From Perkinsus olseni (taxonomy: Eukaryota), in NCBI GenBank assembly GCA_013115125.1, contig JABANN010000208.1, positions 1-53,026 on the forward strand: 53,026 bases of DNA, in the 5' to 3' direction. Each line of letters opens with the position of its first letter. Position 1 is the stretch's first letter. Under the pieces are notes generated by a model that was not told where the DNA came from, searched no databases, and saw only the letters and a list, made by a program, of their open reading frames with translations. The translations under genes were made by a program, and so were the position numbers. Below are positions 47,301 through 53,026 of the stretch, piece by piece.

Positions 47301-49719
47301 TGCAGATCGCGCTCGCCCAGGTGATCGATTTAGATCGTCGGTTCGTAGGTTCAGGCGGCATACCGTCGCGAGACCTCCCTCGTGTTTCGATTGATGATGA
47401 ATAAGTACAGATTACAGGAGCACTTACTGGCCGTTAAAAAGTAGGTCGTCTGCTAGCTTCACCGTCACGTGCCACGAAATTATGCAGGTATCTTTTGCTG
47501 TCCCAGGGCGACTTTGTCGGCCATCTCCTCGATCTCATGACGGAGCATCTTTCTACCCGAGCTCAAGGTCTCCATTTCCCCCCTGGTTTGATCGGGAGTT
47601 GTTTTCCTTCAGCGTTGAGGGTGCACACTTTCCGAGACCTCACAGACCACGCCCTCCGTCTCCAGCGGGTGGGCAGCGCTGGGGCCGCTGCGAGTTGCGG
47701 CGATGACCAGCAGGAGGAGTTCGACAACAGGCTCACCGCGCGCCTCGAAAAGCCGGGCCTCAGCGACACTGGCAGGCCTCAGCAGGGATGAGCCGTCCCG
47801 ACCACCTCGCTTCAGGTTGGGAGATATTTTCCCTGGACTACATAGCCACTCAGCCAATATCTGTGATACTCAACGACGGAGCGATGCATCAGTATAGGAG
47901 GGTCTTCAGCATATCTTGGAGGTCGGTACGCGACCGCATCCGGAAGATTTTCGGCGGGATACTTGTCAGCAACCCCAAGGTCCCGAAAAAAGCAGAAGAT
48001 ATTTTAAAAAATATTTTTTCTGGAATCCTGGCACAGTAGCCGGACTAGTATCCTCGGAAATTTTCAGAAAAATTCTGTTTTTTCGGCGTATCCCTCGTTC
48101 AGGCTGCACAGGGCAGAGCGCCAACTATCCTCTGCGTGGAGCCAGCAAATGATCGCACATCGGACAGTACTGCGGGCTGTGCATCAGAAACGACAAAAAG
48201 GTGACGCGGGAAGACACTCGTCGATTTTGAGGTGAATTTCTCCCGAGTGCAGGTTCATCGGCGTCACCGAACGACAGTGCTATTCATTTGCTGCAAACGT
48301 GTAACGCCCTGCGGCACGAAATGTGGCACCTGGTGCAGCATCTGCGCTCCTTCTTCGCGTAGGAATCTTCGACATTTTTTGTCGCGGAGGCTGGTCGAGC
48401 TTAGATTCAACGTTATTGACACTGCATGGCAGAAGCTCCGCGATGCGCTGGACTCCCTTGCTAGTCAGCAGGAGGCAGACCTCGATCGAGTTCTACGATT
48501 GCACGAAGGTGTCACCTCGAGCTGAATTTCGTGGCGCGTGACGAATGCTAGTCTTATGATGTCCATTATTCGTCTTTTCGACAGGAATTTTCGTGCATTT
48601 TTGGGGAAAATTGCAAAATTCCGATCCGCCTCTGATTTTTCTCAGAATACTTGTCACGGCTGGCTGCTGGACACTTCCTCAACCACAGTGCTGATACAGC
48701 AGCTGGGAAGAAACAGATGAAAGTGTTCGATGTGTTGAACGAGCTGCTCAGTGGCATCTATCAGTACCGCTTCGCTCGAGCTGCTCTGCAGCAGCGTCAT
48801 GCAATGGCAGGTTCACCACTCTGCAGGAGCGGATATACGGCGACCTGTCCGGTGCGGCGTTGGGGTGTGAAGGAAGAGAAGACGAGTAGGTCGGGAGATG
48901 GCAACTGTTGCTGAGGCTGAGACAAGTCGTGGGCGTATTCTCTGGCGAGATCTCCTGTTCTCGGTAATAATCATATCGTCAACTCTATCGACTTTGCAAT
49001 CTATTTATCAGCGCAGGGAATCATCCCCCTGACTAAAGGTCACGTCGCTCGCATTTTTTAACCCTCAATCTCTACGCCCAATAGCCCGAAAAGTTAGTAA
49101 ATTTGATACACTTCCTTGCTAGTCCTCCGCACCCGTACTAGGCGGTCAGTTTGGAACGTCCTTCGTGCCGTACTTTCCTCGATCCCAGCACGGTTGCCCA
49201 GCTCTTAAGGGAATGTGAGATACAGTCCGGTTTCCATGCTTTGTAGAACGAAAACGACGTGGAAATAGGTGAAAGTGACAGTTCGATGATTCTACCGAGC
49301 TACGGTGTCTACACGCATCTAAAGCATCTATCACTAGAGCAATAAACTAGAAGGCCGACTTCGAACTCTGCGTAAAAAATGAGAAATTCCGGAAAAATAG
49401 TTCTCGCTTAGAATTAGTCTCGAAAACTACAATATCACAATTATTTATTTATTGTTTCATAATTCACCATTCGTAATATTCTCTTGCTGATGTTGAATAC
49501 ATTGAAGAGACTTGCTGTTCAGTTTCCGCATCACTTTTGTTGTTCTGTAGGATGCCGTTGATGGACGAGGCTACGGCGGTCGAGTTCAAGCGAGCCGTGA
49601 CAGAACGCAGAGAGGAGTTCCTGGGCAACTTGCAGAAGTTCTGTGCGGGAGCCATGGCCATGAAAACGGAATTAAAGCATCTAGTCAACCGGATAGACTT
49701 CAACTGTTTCTACTATTGA
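44310..49719 (+). CDS. TUBGCP3: Gamma-tubulin complex component 3 (Spc98), multi-exon
   Basis: Exons encode VTEKELVRDLVFVLQGIDG, IFVTGKSINFVRQCC, YRLQEHLLAVKKYLLLSQGDFVGHLLDLM, DTGWEIFSLDY, YRRVFSISWRLHRAE, LRHEMWHLVQHLRSF, and a terminal LKHLVNRIDFNCFYY-stop. Confidence 0.9.
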
Positions 49720-50354
49720 ATGCATCAAGAGGGTTTCCTCGTCAATCTTTGTTGTTTCGTTTTTGCTAGTAAGTCCTTACAAAACGAACGAGCAAACGAG
49801 TTTTTTAACACACCGAAGGTCCGCTAAACCTTCTCACCTGAGCCCCGCTCAAGTGCTCCCTTCTGAACTCAGCAAAAAATGTCCGATTCAGTATTGATAT
49901 TTTTCGATACTTTTCGGGTATTAAGTTCATCCTGTTCGCACTTGAACGAGCTTCCGCTCTGCGTGAGTCCGCAGCCCAACACCATTTCTGTCCGAGTTGA
50001 CCTCCTACGGATGTGGTCAGCTCGGGGCCTTGTGAGAGGATGGATAGACGCTGTGCTGCACAGAGCGAATCGATCCCGAGAGTCCTCCACGTCCCCGGAG
50101 GAGTGTTCTGCCCTACCTTGATGCTTCGGACCTCCCTAACTAAGATTCATTCGGTTGGTGAGGCATGAAGCGGGCAACTCGGACTGACTACGGAGAAAGT
50201 GATAGCTTTCTTTTAGCGGAGCCAGTCATGCTTGTGGGCGACGGTCTACAGCCCGATATGAGTCTTTTCAACTCCCAAAGCTCAGTATTTTGTGAGTGAC
50301 GCACTTCTCACTGGAAATCAGCAGCCTGCTGACAGTGATATCTAAGAGTGGCAT

Positions 50355-50561
50355 CTTTCGAGAAATCCCATAGACGCTGGGGATGGGAGAGGTATTGACC
50401 AAACCTCAAACCCGCGGCCCGAAAACCGGGGCCTGAGTTTGGCAATACAGACCAGAGGTTGAGCGTGACTGTAGTGGGATAGCTACTCGCCTGTTGACCA
50501 CACAGTCATCTCATCTCTAGTCCCCCAACATCAAGGGATTACTTTGAGAAAGAAAAAAAAA
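50355..50561. other. Nested inverted-repeat element followed by an A-run
   Basis: An outer imperfect stem encloses two hairpins (50392-50448 and 50454-50518). Confidence 0.5.
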
Positions 50562-52829
50562 TCAGTGCCGAAGGGCACCATTAGCTCAACAAGACGTTGC
50601 GAAGCCGTGCCTGGAGCTTCCGAAGGATTCCTACCTCCGCACCATTCATGCGTTTCATGCCCGAATCCAACTTAGCGCACGCCCGATATCCAACCAATTC
50701 GACGACAAGCCAGGGTTCTATCCCCAGCTAATCGATTTCTCCTCCAAGAAACCGTGCCGTATTTCTCTCTCCAATGGAAACCTCGGCTCTTTAGAATTTT
50801 GGAGGTCGGACTGCGAGCCTCACCCATGGGATTGAGCGTATGAACAAGTGCGGCGCGTAACAGAGATTGCTCACACGGCATGAGTCTCACCGCAATCGAT
50901 GTCACGGCGACCGTGAGAGCAGGAAGACACCTGGTTGTGGCCCGCTTGACCCACTGTGAGTGTATTTATACTAACCTTCCGGCAGGTTAGGCGTCATGGT
51001 TGAGTCGCGAAGAGCTCGCGCGTACAAGTTGACCCTGCGCGGCGCACGGGCCACGACGGCTACGGGGAGAACTCGATATGGAAAGGTAATCTACAGCGTA
51101 GACTTAACACGCATCAGGTGCAACTAGGCTCAGTCAGGTGCACTATAACTCAGTACAGTGTGGCTTCTAGAGACGGAGCTCAAAGGAAGGTAAGATTGGA
51201 CTGAAGAGAAGCTTAATGATGATGTACGCTACAGCTTACTACGCTAAGCTAAGGACAGCATGTATACTCATGCACGCGAGCGCAAAGCGCATAACAGGTC
51301 AGTTGGTTATCTGATACTAATGGGACGTAGTAGCAGTAAAGGTAAATGTAGCGATCACAGTCTAACAGCTGAGTAGTATTGAACCAGACCGTAGCTGTTA
51401 CATAGTGCACACTATAGGCGTCACTAGGTTGTCACTATAGTGCACGTATACGCATGCACGCGAGCACAAGGGCGGATAAGAGAGCAGATGTAAGAAGCCA
51501 ATCTGAGATTGGGGACCCGAGGCACCAGTGGAGTTGTGGCGACAGCCCAATAGTTGAGGAGTTGTGAGCTATTGAACAGCTCACTGTGTCGCACCATAAC
51601 CATGGCAATGCATCCTCACAAGGTGACGCGAACCCTGGACTTCGACACCGACGTCTTGTAATCGATCGTGTCACGCAATCGATAGTCGCAACGCTCAGCA
51701 GTTCTAAGTTAGGACTGTCTCTAGTGATACCTTCATTTTACGGCACAGCTACAGACTAACCTGCTTCTACTCAACCGGTGTACAATCCCTGCGGCATCGT
51801 TAGCCCGGGGCTAATAGCTCCGCCTTCACCGAGTGCGGCTTCCTCCCGCGCCTTGCACTCGCGTGCATAAGCATACGTACTACGTTCGGTGCAGATAAAG
51901 CTTCGGATCAATGGTGATTTTGCTTCTCTCCGAGCCCAGTTTGAGATAGCTGCACTGTACTGAGTTATAGGCTACTTGCTCTGCTTCACGCCGAGTTCAC
52001 CTTTATCGAACACTCTCCTCAGCAACTTCTGTTGCCATTAGCATGAGATTCAACCACCTATCGTCTGTTACCGTCTGACCATTATCTCTACCTACAGGTA
52101 GAGATTCCATGGGTAAAGAATGTATTCTTTCCCATGGATCCTCCCTGTGATACACTAGGGACAGCACGCCTGCACAAGTCTTTTGGGCTTGCGTGCCGTT
52201 TTGTTCATAATACTTCTTTATTTCGTCTCCTCCCCATGTGTCGTGTTACAGAGCAGTTTGGCAACGATAGGAACGGGCAACCTTCTACTAAAGCGTATGA
52301 GCCCCTTCACTACCCTACTCTACTTTCTCGTCTTTTACGTGGGTCTTGGTATTGAGGACGGCAAGCAGCGGGTGCTATTCCATGGGCCTTGTGCTACCGC
52401 TGCCACTTGGGTGTTATCCTACTGACAGGGCAAGCTGTAATCTTAAACCCGAGAGGTGTCAAATGGCAAAGGGATACTCTTGCCCTGGTATTGAGAACCA
52501 TCCGTGCAAGTAGAGAACCAGAGAGGTGTCACGATGTCTCACGCCGTGAAACCCCGCGAAGAGTATCCAGCTGCCAGTAGAGGTTTGCTCTCGCGCTTCT
52601 CACCAGTCTTGATATGCCATTGTTACCTTTTCATACCAACAGTTTTGAGGCCTCTTGTTCGACCTTCTGCTTGGCAGCATCTGCCATCACAGATCGCCGA
52701 CAGGCTGGCCGCCTCGCCAACTAATAGACGAGCAATCCATTGCCATCGGCAACGGTTCTCTAATTGCACTGTCGTGTTCCGTCAAGTGCCAGGAAGCCAA
52801 ACAACATAAATCATCTACACCTTTTCAAC

Positions 52830-53026
52830 ATCTATACCATTCAGAAGCCTATTTGAAGGATAAGGCCGTTGCCTATATGGGGGTAGAGGATATCTATACC
52901 ATTCAGAAGCCTATTTGGAGGATAAGGCCGTTGCCTATATGGGGGTAGAGGATATCTATACCATTCAGAAGCCTATTTGGAGGATAAGGCCGTTGCCTAT
53001 ATGGGGGTAGAGGATATCTATACCAT
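52830..53026 (+). repeat. 62-bp tandem repeat, at least 3.2 copies, running off the window end
   Basis: Unit ATCTATACCATTCAGAAGCCTATTTGGAGGATAAGGCCGTTGCCTATATGGGGGTAGAGGAT starts at 52830, 52892, 52954 and 53016. There is one mismatch in the first copy. Confidence 0.97.

Noticed and set aside
10840-49719. Functional cluster of microtubule/cilia genes (CFAP53, PFDN2, TTLL2, GCP3)
   Set aside because: They are interspersed with unrelated genes, so chance is a sufficient explanation.
50455-50470. U3 snoRNA (GAGCGTGA box B-like)
   Set aside because: Boxes A, C and D are not found in the required arrangement.
52830-53026. Possible CRISPR array
   Set aside because: Units are contiguous with no unique spacers, there are no cas genes, and the context is eukaryotic.

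Overview
Eukaryotic nuclear DNA, intron-rich and gene-dense, read with the standard genetic code. The short GT/GC-AG introns and a PP2C closely resembling the Toxoplasma enzyme point to an alveolate, most likely Perkinsus (inference). By manual splicing I reconstruct about ten protein genes: DNAJC21/JJJ1, CFAP53, PP2C, a hypothetical protein, LTV1, prefoldin 2, a CID/RS protein, TTLL2, an intronless mucolipin/TRPML channel and gamma-tubulin complex protein 3. All but LTV1 are on the + strand. There are three intact tRNA genes (Gln, Ala, Thr), all on the - strand, plus several decayed ORFs and small repeats. The most unusual non-coding signals are: (i) about a dozen degenerate tRNA fragments, mostly inside spliceosomal introns and sometimes flush with splice sites; (ii) a 118-nt, 97%-identical hairpin element in sense orientation in introns of two ribosome-biogenesis genes; (iii) a four-copy MITE-like family; (iv) a nested inverted-repeat element near 50.4 kb. 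No prokaryote-type system or CRISPR array is present. Exon boundaries and family assignments are from reading the sequence and recalled motifs, not from database searches.
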